From NCBI GenBank assembly GCA_009840385.1, contig VXNX01000013.1, positions 198,222 through 262,221 of the forward strand: 64,000 bases of DNA, written 5' to 3'. Numbering within the stretch: the stretch's first letter is position 1; each line of letters opens with the position of its first letter. Under the pieces are notes generated by a model. The model made no database searches and had not been told where the DNA came from. It saw only the letters and a list, made by a program, of their open reading frames with translations. This DNA comes from Candidatus Dadabacteria bacterium. GTDB lineage: Bacteria > Desulfobacterota_D > UBA1144 > Nemesobacterales > Nemesobacteraceae. Positions 8,166 to 17,819 of this stretch are shown in pieces. The position numbers and the translations under genes are program-made.

Positions 8166-9980
8166 TTACGCTTCGACCCGCACCGCGACGATATCCATCC
8201 CCTGATATTTCCGGTGGCGCACCGATGAAGCATAATGACGCAACAGGCGGAACGATATTTCCCTCTCGTCCACGCTTTCGTCCTCTTCGTTCAGATACGC
8301 GAGACGGTCCTCCAGATTCTCCTCGTCCTCAAGCGTCGAGATGAATTCCATCTCCGCTGCTCCACCGTCGGGACGCACGGCTATGATCAGGCGCGGAGTC
8401 TTGTCCGTCCCACCACCCGCGGGATGTCCGCTGTCCGGCTGCAACAGGCTCGACAGCGTCTCCTCGCCCGCCGAACGCAGCCGCTGGGTCGCCTCCTCGC
8501 TCCAGTGCATATCGGCGGCAACTTTCCGCATGAAAGCGTCAATTCGCGGCAGGTCGGAAAAGTCCAGTCGGACCTCCAGCCGCCTGGAACGCGGACTGGT
8601 CAGATTCAGGAAGACGTTGAGCGCAATCGCCGTTGCCGCGCCCACCGTGATGCCGTTGCCAAGCAGTGTGCCCCACGGGTGCACCAATAAGTTCTCAAGA
8701 ATGTTTTGTTGCTCGAACCCGGCACCAAGCGCGAACGACACGCCTACCACAACGGTCTTTTGAAAATCGAGCCCGTCCCGCACGATAGTCTGTACTCCCT
8801 CGACAAAAAATATTCCCACGGCAAGTAAGAGAAATGCCCCCATCACCGGACTGGGTATGGTGAGCAGCGCGCCCGTGAACTTTGGCAGCAATGCCAGTAC
8901 CAGAAGCATGATCGCTATGACGTATCCCACATTGCGGGCGGCAACTCCCGTCATGTTCACGACCGACGCCGTGAATGACGAATATGGCGACGCAGGAGGC
9001 GTTCCGGCAAGACCCGACAGCAAAACACCCAGCCCATTTGAGTAGAGCGAGCCTTGCAGCAGCCGAAAATCGGTCGTCCTCGGTCTGCGCCGCGACACCC
9101 GTTGAATCACCACGTTGTCTCCAATGCCTTTGATCGCCTGCACCAGAGTGACAATCAAGAACATCGGCAGCAGCGCCCAGAATCCGGCAGTCGGCGTAAG
9201 GTCCAACCCTTGGAAACCGACTTCGGGAATGCCGACCCACGGTGCTGCGTACAGCGGCTCCAGGTCATACACTCCCAGCAGGGCAGCGGCCACGCAGCCG
9301 GACGCGAATCCGATCAGTATGGACCACGGACGCCAGCGTCGCGGGGCGCGTAGTATCAGCACAGTGGATACGATCAGCGTTACCAAAGCTACGCACAGCC
9401 CAGCAAGTGTCGGCGCACCCTCCGGCACTTCCCCGAATCGATCCAGACAGATGGGCAGCACCATCACGGCTATCAGCATAAGGACCGTGCCTGAGACGGT
9501 CGGCGTTATCACTCGCCGCAGTTGCGGAAGCCTTGTCGCTATCGCAAAGAAAAAGAACGCAGACACAACCATCAGGCTGGCCAGCATCGCCGGCCCTCCC
9601 TCATTCAAGGCGAGCACCGACAGCGGGATGTAGTTGGGAGTCACTCCCATGACGACCAGATGCCCCGCGCCAAATCGACTTATCCTGGAGGCTTGCAGCG
9701 CGGTAACTATCCCTACGATTATCAGCGCCGAGAATACGGACCAAGTCAGGAATGCTTCGTCCTGGCCGGTCGCTAGAACATTAATAACCACTATCGAAAC
9801 TGCGAGCGGCAGCACGAGCACGATGCCCTGTATGGCGACGACGAAGGACGAGAGTGGCGTGCACTTCTCATCCGGCTCGTAGCGGATGTGGTCGTTTATA
9901 GGGGTTGACGCCAAGCTGAACCTCCCAATCAGGTTTCGTCGCTGGCGTAAAGAGTAGCCGGTGTTCCGAGATTGCGTCAA
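8166..9980 (-). CDS. NCS2 (xanthine/uracil permease superfamily)-like membrane transporter with a ~170-aa C-terminal cytoplasmic extension
   Basis: 604 aa with a polytopic hydrophobic N-terminal ~430 aa. NCS2-like signature TIPSPVMGAFLLLAVGIFF. The C-terminal acidic soluble domain (…LIIAVRPDGGAAEMEFISTLEDEENLEDR…) is not typical of nucleobase permeases. GC ~60%. Confidence 0.55.
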   Translation of the reverse strand: MTQSRNTGYSLRQRRNLIGRFSLASTPINDHIRYEPDEKCTPLSSFVVAIQGIVLVLPLAVSIVVINVLATGQDEAFLTWSVFSALIIVGIVTALQASRISRFGAGHLVVMGVTPNYIPLSVLALNEGGPAMLASLMVVSAFFFFAIATRLPQLRRVITPTVSGTVLMLIAVMVLPICLDRFGEVPEGAPTLAGLCVALVTLIVSTVLILRAPRRWRPWSILIGFASGCVAAALLGVYDLEPLYAAPWVGIPEVGFQGLDLTPTAGFWALLPMFLIVTLVQAIKGIGDNVVIQRVSRRRPRTTDFRLLQGSLYSNGLGVLLSGLAGTPPASPYSSFTASVVNMTGVAARNVGYVIAIMLLVLALLPKFTGALLTIPSPVMGAFLLLAVGIFFVEGVQTIVRDGLDFQKTVVVGVSFALGAGFEQQNILENLLVHPWGTLLGNGITVGAATAIALNVFLNLTSPRSRRLEVRLDFSDLPRIDAFMRKVAADMHWSEEATQRLRSAGEETLSSLLQPDSGHPAGGGTDKTPRLIIAVRPDGGAAEMEFISTLEDEENLEDRLAYLNEEDESVDEREISFRLLRHYASSVRHRKYQGMDIVAVRVEA

Positions 9981-10122
9981 ATGAGCATGCGGCTAATGGA
10001 GAGAGATATGGGCAACCCAAAAATTGCTGCTTTCTGCCGCAGCTATGAAGACGTATAGAACCACGACAGGTTCAGGGATGATCCCATAGCGTCAGGGATA
10101 GTGGCAGTTTTTTCTAGTTTAA

Positions 10123-11352
10123 TCAGCGGTCAACTTCCCCGAGCACTATGTCGATGCTGCCTATTGCGGCAACGACGTCGGAGACAAATCCCCCCTTCAC
10201 CATATCCGGAAGGGCCTGCAGATTCACAAACGACGGCCCACGAACCCGCATCCTGTAGGGCTTTCCCGTACCGTCGCTTACTATGTAGTAACCAAGCTCT
10301 CCCTTGGGGTTCTCGACGGAGTGGTATATCTCCCCCGGAGGAGTCTCAAAACCGTTGTAGACCAGCACGAAATGTCTTATCAGGGATTCCATTTTCGTGT
10401 AGACAAGCTCTTTTTCAGGCAAAACGATGTCGGGAAGATCGGCAATGTAGGGACCGTCCGGAAGATTTTCAAGGGCCTGCTCGATTATGCGGAGGCTCTG
10501 TCTCATCTCCTCCATCCTGCAGAGATATCTTGCGTAGGCGTCTCCCTCATTAGCAACCGGTATGTCGAACTCGTAGTTTTCGTAATCAAGGTAGGGAACG
10601 GCTTTTCTCACGTCGTAGGGAACGCCGCTTCCTCTAAGTATGGGTCCCGTAATACCGAGATCGATCGCCTGCTCCTTGCTTATGACCGCTACCCCCTTGG
10701 TGCGACCGATCCATATCTTGTTTCTTGTAAGAAGCCTGTCTATTTCGTTTAACGTCTCGGGGAATATCTTAAGGAAGTTCCTTATCGTGTCGGAGAAATC
10801 CTCGGGCAGGTCCTGGGGAAGACCCCCTACCCTCGGATAGGAAGTCGTGAGCCTTGCTCCGCATACCATCTCGAGAATTTCGTAGATACGCTCCCTCTCC
10901 TTGAAGCAGAAAAGAAAAGCGGTCATCGCGCCGAGATCCATGGCGTTTGCGCCTATGCCTATGAGATGGGACTCGATTCTTCCGAGCTCAAACATTATCA
11001 CCTCGGCTACCTTGGCTCTTTCGGGAATTTCATCCTCGATCCCGAGAAGCTTCTCAACGGCCAGTATGAAACCTATGTTGTTGCATATCGAGGCCAGGTA
11101 ATCCATCCTGTCGGTGTAGGGAAGACATTTCTGATAGGTGATGTCCTCGCAGAGCTTTTCTATTCCCCTGTGCAGGTAGCCGATGTGAGGAACGGCCTCC
11201 TTGACTATCTCCCCATCGAGATAAAGAACCACCCGCAGAACCCCATGAGTTGACGGATGCTGCGGCCCCATGTTAAGCATCATGGTCTGCTTTCTCGTAC
11301 CGTCAGCCTCAGTGCCGAGTTCTTCCGTAACAATCTCTACTCTTTCCATCAC
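10123..11352 (-). CDS. nuoD: NADH-quinone oxidoreductase subunit D
   Basis: MLNMGPQHPSTHGVLRVVLYLDGEIV and the HIGYLHRGIEKL motifs, ~409 aa. Confidence 0.95.
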   Translation of the reverse strand: MMERVEIVTEELGTEADGTRKQTMMLNMGPQHPSTHGVLRVVLYLDGEIVKEAVPHIGYLHRGIEKLCEDITYQKCLPYTDRMDYLASICNNIGFILAVEKLLGIEDEIPERAKVAEVIMFELGRIESHLIGIGANAMDLGAMTAFLFCFKERERIYEILEMVCGARLTTSYPRVGGLPQDLPEDFSDTIRNFLKIFPETLNEIDRLLTRNKIWIGRTKGVAVISKEQAIDLGITGPILRGSGVPYDVRKAVPYLDYENYEFDIPVANEGDAYARYLCRMEEMRQSLRIIEQALENLPDGPYIADLPDIVLPEKELVYTKMESLIRHFVLVYNGFETPPGEIYHSVENPKGELGYYIVSDGTGKPYRMRVRGPSFVNLQALPDMVKGGFVSDVVAAIGSIDIVLGEVDR

Positions 11353-11867
11353 TCAGCTCCTTCATCAAGAGCCCTCTCGAAACACCTCTTTGAAGATTCC
11401 CTGTCTCTCACGTCGAAATCCTTTCTCAGCGGAAACTGGTCGTAATCCTCGGGCATAAGTATTCTTCTCGGGTCGGGATGTCCACTGAAAGTTATCCCGA
11501 ACATATCGTATGCTTCTCTCTCAAGCCAGTTCGCCCCGGACCACACTGACGTCACGGAATCAATTGCGGGGTTGTCTTGCTCGAGAGCAGCCTTGAGCCT
11601 TATTCTCAGATTCTCTTCGTAGTTCTCGCCGAAGCGGTGAAGGAGGTAAACAACTTCGTATCTCGGAAACTTGACGGTCAGGTAGTCGACAATCGTAACG
11701 TCCACAAGATAAGTAAAACCGAGCGCGTTTTTGAGAAGCGAGCAGCACTCTACTATCGACTCGGCCCCTACGGTAAAGCTGGTCTCCCCGCGGAATTCGC
11801 TCTCCGAGAGGATGTATCCGCTTATTTTTTCCCTTATTTGATCGACAGGGTCAGGTTGGGAGGTCAT
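11349..11867 (-). CDS. nuoC: NADH-quinone oxidoreductase subunit C
   Basis: 172 aa, 4-nt overlap with nuoD, NuoC-like sequence (…[19 protein letters not shown]…). Confidence 0.9.
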   Translation of the reverse strand: MTSQPDPVDQIREKISGYILSESEFRGETSFTVGAESIVECCSLLKNALGFTYLVDVTIVDYLTVKFPRYEVVYLLHRFGENYEENLRIRLKAALEQDNPAIDSVTSVWSGANWLEREAYDMFGITFSGHPDPRRILMPEDYDQFPLRKDFDVRDRESSKRCFERALDEGAE

Positions 11868-12349
11868 ACGATCGGGGGTCCCTCGTTATCTATTTTCTTC
11901 TGGATTTTCATGACGGCGTCAATAAGGGCCTCGGGTCTCGGCGGACAGCCACCCACGTAAACATCCACCGGAAGAAACTCGTCAATCCCCTGAACGACGG
12001 CGTAACTGTCAAAAGGTCCGCCACCGCACGTACACGACCCCATCGCTATTACCCACTTGGGCTCGGGCATCTGCTCGTAGATCCTTCTGCAGACCGACGC
12101 CATCTTGTAGGTTATGGTCCCAGAAACTATCATCAAATCCGCCTGCCTAGGCGAAAACCTAACGGTTTCGGCCCCGAACCTCGCGATATCGAACCTCGAG
12201 GAAAAAGTCCCCATCATCTCAATCGCACAGCAAGCAGTTCCGAAAGCCATGGGCCAAAGGCTGTGCTTTCTTCCCCAGTTGGCAACCGCAGAGATCTTGG
12301 TCGTGAGAAAACCGTCTCCGCCAAGGAGTGGTCCGCTACTTACTCCCAT
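11864..12349 (-). CDS. nuoB: NADH-quinone oxidoreductase subunit B
   Basis: CCAIEMM…[10 protein letters not shown]…GCPPRPEAL Fe-S ligands, 161 aa. Confidence 0.95.
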   Translation of the reverse strand: MGVSSGPLLGGDGFLTTKISAVANWGRKHSLWPMAFGTACCAIEMMGTFSSRFDIARFGAETVRFSPRQADLMIVSGTITYKMASVCRRIYEQMPEPKWVIAMGSCTCGGGPFDSYAVVQGIDEFLPVDVYVGGCPPRPEALIDAVMKIQKKIDNEGPPIV

Positions 12350-12756
12350 TCCAAAGCTCCTTTTTTAAGAACGTAGAAATAACCGCCGATGACAATAATA
12401 AGAAACGCCAGCACCTCGATAAGGGCCACCATTCCAAGCTCCCTGAACACTACCGCCCAAGCTATGAGAAACACGATTTCTATGTCAAACAGTATGAAAA
12501 GAGCTCCTATAAGGTAGTACTTGAGCGAAACCTTTTCCCTTGCGTCTCCCTTGGGAATCATCCCCGATTCATATGGAATTAGCTTGCGCCAGCTTCCGTA
12601 TCTCTTTGGACCCAGCAGATAGGAAACGGACAGAAGCGCCGCGGCCAAAACGATCGCTATTACTATTATCAGGAGGACGGGAACATACTGGTCTAACACA
12701 ACACAGACAAGGTTAGTATCAGGGGATGAATTGTCAAGGAAATCTCCTGCTTCCAC
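12340..12756 (-). CDS. nuoA: NADH-quinone oxidoreductase subunit A (true start possibly an internal alternative codon)
   Basis: Small 3-TM protein with [10 protein letters not shown] and …[13 protein letters not shown] motifs. Overlaps the nuoB start. Confidence 0.85.
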   Translation of the reverse strand: MEAGDFLDNSSPDTNLVCVVLDQYVPVLLIIVIAIVLAAALLSVSYLLGPKRYGSWRKLIPYESGMIPKGDAREKVSLKYYLIGALFILFDIEIVFLIAWAVVFRELGMVALIEVLAFLIIVIGGYFYVLKKGALEWE

Positions 12757-12826
12757 AGTCAGGTTTTTACGGTCAACAATGGGAAAAGACCCATAAAACG
12801 GTTAACATATCCCGGGTTACAGGAAC

Positions 12827-13576
12827 ATGGAAAAAGAGATCGCAAAAGCGTACGAACTCGTAACCAATTCCAACGAAATCGTCGTCCTTACAGGGGCGGG
12901 AATCTCGGCTGAAAGCGGTATTCCCACATACAGGGGAGAAGAAGGGCTCTGGAGGAATTACGATCCCCACGAACTTGCGACGCCAGAGGCCTTTTTCAGG
13001 AATCCCAAGCTCGTGTGGGAGTGGTATGACTCGAGAAGGGCCATAATGAAAAACGCCAAGCCCAATCCCGGCCACTTCGCAATAACCGCGCTTGAGAAAG
13101 AAAAAAGAGACTTCACCCTCATAACACAAAACGTAGATGGCCTTCACTTTGCGGCCGGAACCCGAAACGTAATCGAGCTTCACGGAAGTCTCTGGGAAAT
13201 CAAATGCACGGAATGCGAAAAAGTGGAAAAAAACTATCAGGTGCCTATTCCGGAACTTCCCCCGAAGTGCGGCGCCTGCGACGGGATAATGAGACCGAAC
13301 ACCGTGTTGTTCGGAGAAATCATCCCGATGGAAAGAATAGACAGGTGCCTGTTTGCCATAGAGCAATGCGATCTTCTTCTGATAGTAGGAACTTCCGGAG
13401 TGGTTGAACCCGCGGCTTCAATGGGACTCATAGCGAAAAAAAGCGAGAAACCTGTAGTGGAAATCAACATCGATATAACTCCGGGCACGGGCCTTTACGA
13501 CGCAAGCGTAATGGGGAAATCGGGAGAGGTGCTGCCCCTCCTTGTGGAATCCGAAACCTCTCGAAACCGCATGTAA
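12827..13576 (+). CDS. cobB: NAD-dependent protein deacylase, Sir2 family (CobB class)
   Basis: GAGISAESGIPTYRG, QNVDGLH and the Zn-ribbon CTECEK…CGACDG. Confidence 0.9.
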   Translation: MEKEIAKAYELVTNSNEIVVLTGAGISAESGIPTYRGEEGLWRNYDPHELATPEAFFRNPKLVWEWYDSRRAIMKNAKPNPGHFAITALEKEKRDFTLITQNVDGLHFAAGTRNVIELHGSLWEIKCTECEKVEKNYQVPIPELPPKCGACDGIMRPNTVLFGEIIPMERIDRCLFAIEQCDLLLIVGTSGVVEPAASMGLIAKKSEKPVVEINIDITPGTGLYDASVMGKSGEVLPLLVESETSRNRM

Positions 13577-13826
13577 CTAGGATGAAACCGAGCCTCCAGA
13601 ACTCGGATCAAAAAATCCATCCAGAAAAAACTTGCAAGAGCATAGAGAGATTAGCGTTTTGGCACACACTACCATCCGGCCGCAACGGCCACCATTAATC
13701 ACCTGTCAAGCTTGAAAAATCGGGCATATAAAGTACCGTATAGGTAACTTGATAAATTTGGACCATCTGGTGATAATTTAAGTCTATCCAACTCCACCCG
13801 GTCGCTTAATCATAGAGGGAACTATA

Positions 13827-15356
13827 GTGCACAAAAGAAAAAATCACCGCCTTTTTCCATACAGATCCGCCTCGAAACGCCTGCTCGCGATATGCCTGGC
13901 GCTGCTCGGAGTATCGATTTTTCTCGGTTGCGGCGACACTTATGAAACAGCCCCAGCAGAAGAACCGCTGTTTCTTCCCAGTGATATCTTCGCAGATACC
14001 TGTGCCGACCTCAGCAAAGCTCACTTTAAAAGTATCTCTTCTCAAGGCATTTACGCAGATGAAAACAACTGGCTTCGCTCCTGGAGTCACGAAACCTATC
14101 TCTGGTACGACGAAATCATAGATCAGGATCCTTCCTGCTGCAGCACTCCCGTCTACTTTGATTTGATGAAGACTTTTGAAACAAATGCTTCCGGAGCTCC
14201 CAAGGATAGATTTCATTTCACCGTACCTACCGCGGAATTCCTGGCGAACAGACAAAGCATTGATATAGGATACGGCGCCGAGTTTGTGATTTTAAGCTCT
14301 AGACCCCCACGAGATGTAAGGATCGCCTACACGGAACCTAGTTCGCCGGCTACGGCTCCCGAGGTTAATCTTTCCCGCGGCGCGCAGATTCTCGAGATTG
14401 ACGGTGAAAAGATGTTAGATTCGGATAACCTAGACGTATTAAACAACGGCCTGTTTCCACGCACAGTAGGCGAGAGCCACACATTCACCGTCTTGGACCT
14501 CGGATCACAGACTCCCCGCACGGTAACCATGACTTCCGTGGCAATAACTTCTCATCCGGTTCAGAACGTGAAAATCCTTTCCACTCCCAGTGGAGACCGC
14601 GTAGGTTACATGCTGTTTAACGCTCACAACGCGCCTGCCGCACAAGCTATCGTGGAAGCGGGCAAACATCTGAAAAACGCAGGCGTCGATGATCTGATCG
14701 TTGATCTTCGCTATAACGGCGGCGGACTTGTCTATGTAGCGCAAATATTATCGTCGATGGTCGCAGGGGCTGATAAAGAGGGGCTTACTTTCGAAGAGTT
14801 TGAGACAAACGGCAAGATTCCATCGGAAAGCTGGGAGTTCACTTTTGAATTCACGGCGGATGACATAATCGGCGACACAGGCTTAACGGTTCCCAGCCTC
14901 GGCTTGCCGCGCCTGTTCGTTCTTACAAGCCCCCGAACCTGCTCGGCAAGTGAATCAGTCATAAACAGTTTGCTCGGCATCGACATAGACGTAATCCGAA
15001 TCGGGTCGGCTACCTGCGGCAAACCCCATGGTTTCCTTCCAACCGAGAACTGCGGCACTGTTTACCATTCGATTAACTTCAGGGGGGTAAATGCCAAGGG
15101 CGAGGCAGACTTCGAAGATGGTTTTACTCCGCACTGCCGAGTTGCAGAAGATTTCAATCACCAGCTCGGTGACCCCGAGGAGATTCTCCTCAAAACAGCT
15201 CTTGCTTATCGAGCCAGCGGTGCTTGTCCTCTTGCCGAGGAAAAAGGTAGCAGAGCAACAGGACCATCTGCGGAGTCTTCGTCCGGTGAAGCTATTTCCA
15301 GACCTCCTGGATTTTCAGGCAAGATAGCTGGATCCGGGATATCACCATCGAACTGA
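13827..15356 (+). CDS. S41-family (C-terminal processing) peptidase lipoprotein
   Basis: Signal peptide plus lipobox LLGVSIFLGCG. S41 motif LIVDLRYNGGG. 509 aa. Confidence 0.75.
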   Translation: MHKRKNHRLFPYRSASKRLLAICLALLGVSIFLGCGDTYETAPAEEPLFLPSDIFADTCADLSKAHFKSISSQGIYADENNWLRSWSHETYLWYDEIIDQDPSCCSTPVYFDLMKTFETNASGAPKDRFHFTVPTAEFLANRQSIDIGYGAEFVILSSRPPRDVRIAYTEPSSPATAPEVNLSRGAQILEIDGEKMLDSDNLDVLNNGLFPRTVGESHTFTVLDLGSQTPRTVTMTSVAITSHPVQNVKILSTPSGDRVGYMLFNAHNAPAAQAIVEAGKHLKNAGVDDLIVDLRYNGGGLVYVAQILSSMVAGADKEGLTFEEFETNGKIPSESWEFTFEFTADDIIGDTGLTVPSLGLPRLFVLTSPRTCSASESVINSLLGIDIDVIRIGSATCGKPHGFLPTENCGTVYHSINFRGVNAKGEADFEDGFTPHCRVAEDFNHQLGDPEEILLKTALAYRASGACPLAEEKGSRATGPSAESSSGEAISRPPGFSGKIAGSGISPSN

Positions 15357-15592
15357 TCCCTGATGAAAACAGAGATCAATATTTTTTCTGTCCTCTGGAA
15401 CTCATTACTGCGCCCCTGCCAAACAGTTTTTCCATCATTTATGGTAAGTATGCAGCAACCGCGGCTATCCAGAAAAGGACCGCTGTGACGGGCAATTTAT
15501 AATTGCCAAGCAGGAAAAGCTCCCCAAGCAGACTTCGGAGCGTGTTCTAGACACGTTATGCTGTTTATTAATATGGCCGCTGAAGCGCTTTA

Positions 15593-16543
15593 CTACCTTG
15601 CGTCGCATATCTCCATGGCTACTTTTATCGCCTGAATCATGCTCTCGGGACGCGCCGCACCTTTCCACGCTATGTCAAAAGCAGTTCCGTGGTCAGGAGA
15701 AGTCCGCAGTATAGGCAGTCCCAAGGTGACGTTAACCCCGGTATCGAAAGAAAGCATCTTGAAGGGCACGAAACCTTGGTCGTGGTACATGGCGACCACC
15801 AGATCCCATTTGCCGCGAAGAGCGTCGTAGAAAAGAGTGTCCGCAGGGAGGGGGCCCTCGACCGATATCCCTTCGGCTCTTGCCCTCTCAAGAGCTGGAA
15901 TTATATGCTCCTGCTCCTCATTTCCGAAAGATCCCGACTCTCCAGCGTGTGGGTTGAGCCCGCAGACAACTATCTTTGGATCTTCAACGCCGAATCTTTT
16001 CTTGAGTTCCCGAGCAGATATGGAAACGGTCACATAAACGCTTTCTTCCGTAATCATGTCCGGAACTTCGCGAAGGGGAACATGTATCGTCACGGGCGCT
16101 ACACGGAACCTCGTTCCCTCAAAAAGCATTACTACGTTTTCTGAACCGGTAAGATCCATGAGCATTTCCGTGTGCCCTGGATAGGTGGAGCCGGCCATGT
16201 GTATGGATCTTTTGCTTATCGGAGCCGTGACAATAGCTTTAACCTCGCCTGAGAGAGCCATGGCCACTGCCTTTTCTATACACGCAATAGACGCCCTGCC
16301 CGCTTTTTCGGATCTCACCCCTTCTTCAATATCCCCGAGCACAAAATCCGTGGGGTCTATAATTGAAAGAGGACCATCCTTTCCGAACTCACTGTTGGCC
16401 CTCTGGAGAACAGATTCACTTCCGACAAACACGATGTCGTATATTTCCTCGAAGAAACCGTCGTAAAAAGCTCTTATGCAGACCTCGGGCCCTATCCCGT
16501 TCGGATCTCCCATCGTTACAGCTATTTTCGGTTTTCCGCTCAC
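15593..16543 (-). CDS. pdxA: 4-hydroxythreonine-4-phosphate dehydrogenase
   Basis: IAVTMGDPNGIGPE, GLNPHAGE and HDQG motifs, 316 aa. Confidence 0.92.
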   Translation of the reverse strand: MSGKPKIAVTMGDPNGIGPEVCIRAFYDGFFEEIYDIVFVGSESVLQRANSEFGKDGPLSIIDPTDFVLGDIEEGVRSEKAGRASIACIEKAVAMALSGEVKAIVTAPISKRSIHMAGSTYPGHTEMLMDLTGSENVVMLFEGTRFRVAPVTIHVPLREVPDMITEESVYVTVSISARELKKRFGVEDPKIVVCGLNPHAGESGSFGNEEQEHIIPALERARAEGISVEGPLPADTLFYDALRGKWDLVVAMYHDQGFVPFKMLSFDTGVNVTLGLPILRTSPDHGTAFDIAWKGAARPESMIQAIKVAMEICDAR

Positions 16544-16569
16544 GCAAGCACCTCTTAATTTCTCTTTAA

Positions 16570-17352
16570 CTAGATAAGACCATTTTTTTTCTTCTGTACT
16601 TTTGGGAAAAGCTCCGTCACGTTCTCGAAGACAACCTGAGTAAATTCCTCAAGAGGCAGTCCCCTGAGCTCTGAAATAAGCTTGGCCACGTAAACGACAT
16701 TGCGCGGCTCGTTCGGTTTTCCCCTCTGGGGCACCGGCGCCAGGTAAGGAGAATCGGTTTCGTAAAGAAGCCTTTCGATGGGGATTCTGGCCGCCGCGTC
16801 CCTTACCTCCTCGGCCCTCTTGAAAGTCACTATGCCCGAGAAAGAAATAAAAAAACCCAGATCGAGATATCTCTTCGCTGTTTCGTAATCCCCCGAAAAA
16901 CAATGAATAACTCCGGGATTCTGGCCAAGGTTCGTTCCCCGAAGCATCGAAAGCAGTTCCTCCTCCGCGTCCCTTACGTGAACCACGAAAGGAAGGCAGT
17001 GCCTCTTTGCAAGCTCCATGTGCGCCTCAAACGACCTTATCTGATCTTCCTTGGGGGAATTCATGTAGTGATAATCAAGCCCGGTCTCTCCAATTGCCAC
17101 TACTTTTGGGTCTTCGGCTAGGCGCTCAAACTCCCGCATTACCTCTTCGCTGAAAGTTGAAGCGGAGTGCGGGTGGATACCGACCGAAACGTAAACTCCC
17201 CTGTATTTCCTCGAAAGCTCTATGGTAGCAAGCGAAGACTCAAGCCCAGTTCCGATGGATATGATTTTGCCGACGCCTTCGTCCGCAGCCCTCGACACGG
17301 CGTCCACTGGGTCCTCAAGGCTAAGCAGATGGGCGTGGGAATCAACCAGCAT
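16570..17352 (-). CDS. tatD: TatD-family metal-dependent hydrolase/DNase
   Basis: MLVDSHAHL, IGETGLDYHY and LYETDSPYL motifs. Confidence 0.92.
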   Translation of the reverse strand: MLVDSHAHLLSLEDPVDAVSRAADEGVGKIISIGTGLESSLATIELSRKYRGVYVSVGIHPHSASTFSEEVMREFERLAEDPKVVAIGETGLDYHYMNSPKEDQIRSFEAHMELAKRHCLPFVVHVRDAEEELLSMLRGTNLGQNPGVIHCFSGDYETAKRYLDLGFFISFSGIVTFKRAEEVRDAAARIPIERLLYETDSPYLAPVPQRGKPNEPRNVVYVAKLISELRGLPLEEFTQVVFENVTELFPKVQKKKNGLI

Positions 17353-17357
17353 GCTGT

Positions 17358-17816
17358 TTATTTCTTCTCCTTCAAAAGACCCGTTACTTCGTTGAGAAAC
17401 TCGTTTACGTCCTTAAAGGACCTATAGACCGAAGCGAACCTCACGTATGCGACCTGATCGATTTCATAAAGCTTGTCTATCAACTTCTTTCCTATATCTT
17501 CGCTCGATATCTCCCGTTCTCCCCTCTCAAGAAACTCCTTTTCAAGACTGGAAACGAAATCCTCTATGACTTCAATGCTGACCGGCCTCTTCTCACACGC
17601 CTTGCGCATTCCCGCTATTATCTTGTTGCGGTCAAACTCTTCCCTGCGCCCGTCTTTTTTCACCACCATGACTTCGGCGTGATGAATTCTCTCGTAAGTG
17701 GTGAACCTCTCCTGGCAATCGTTGCACTCCCGACGTCTCCTGACGGAAAAACCGTCTTTTCCTTCTCTCGAATCAACTACTCTGGTGTCATCTGACTTGC
17801 AGAAAGGACACTTCAT
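17358..17816 (-). CDS. nrdR: Transcriptional repressor NrdR
   Basis: MKCPFCKSDDTRVVDSR zinc ribbon plus an ATP-cone, 152 aa. Confidence 0.95.
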   Translation of the reverse strand: MKCPFCKSDDTRVVDSREGKDGFSVRRRRECNDCQERFTTYERIHHAEVMVVKKDGRREEFDRNKIIAGMRKACEKRPVSIEVIEDFVSSLEKEFLERGEREISSEDIGKKLIDKLYEIDQVAYVRFASVYRSFKDVNEFLNEVTGLLKEKK

Positions 17817-17819
17817 TTC

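Noticed and set aside
12827-13576. Sir2-domain protein considered as a possible defence-system component (Thoeris ThsA or DSR-like)
   Set aside because: It is a compact 249-aa canonical CobB-type sirtuin with the Zn-ribbon CxxC…CxxC and no fused SLOG, TIR or effector domain. Its neighbours are nuoA and a peptidase.
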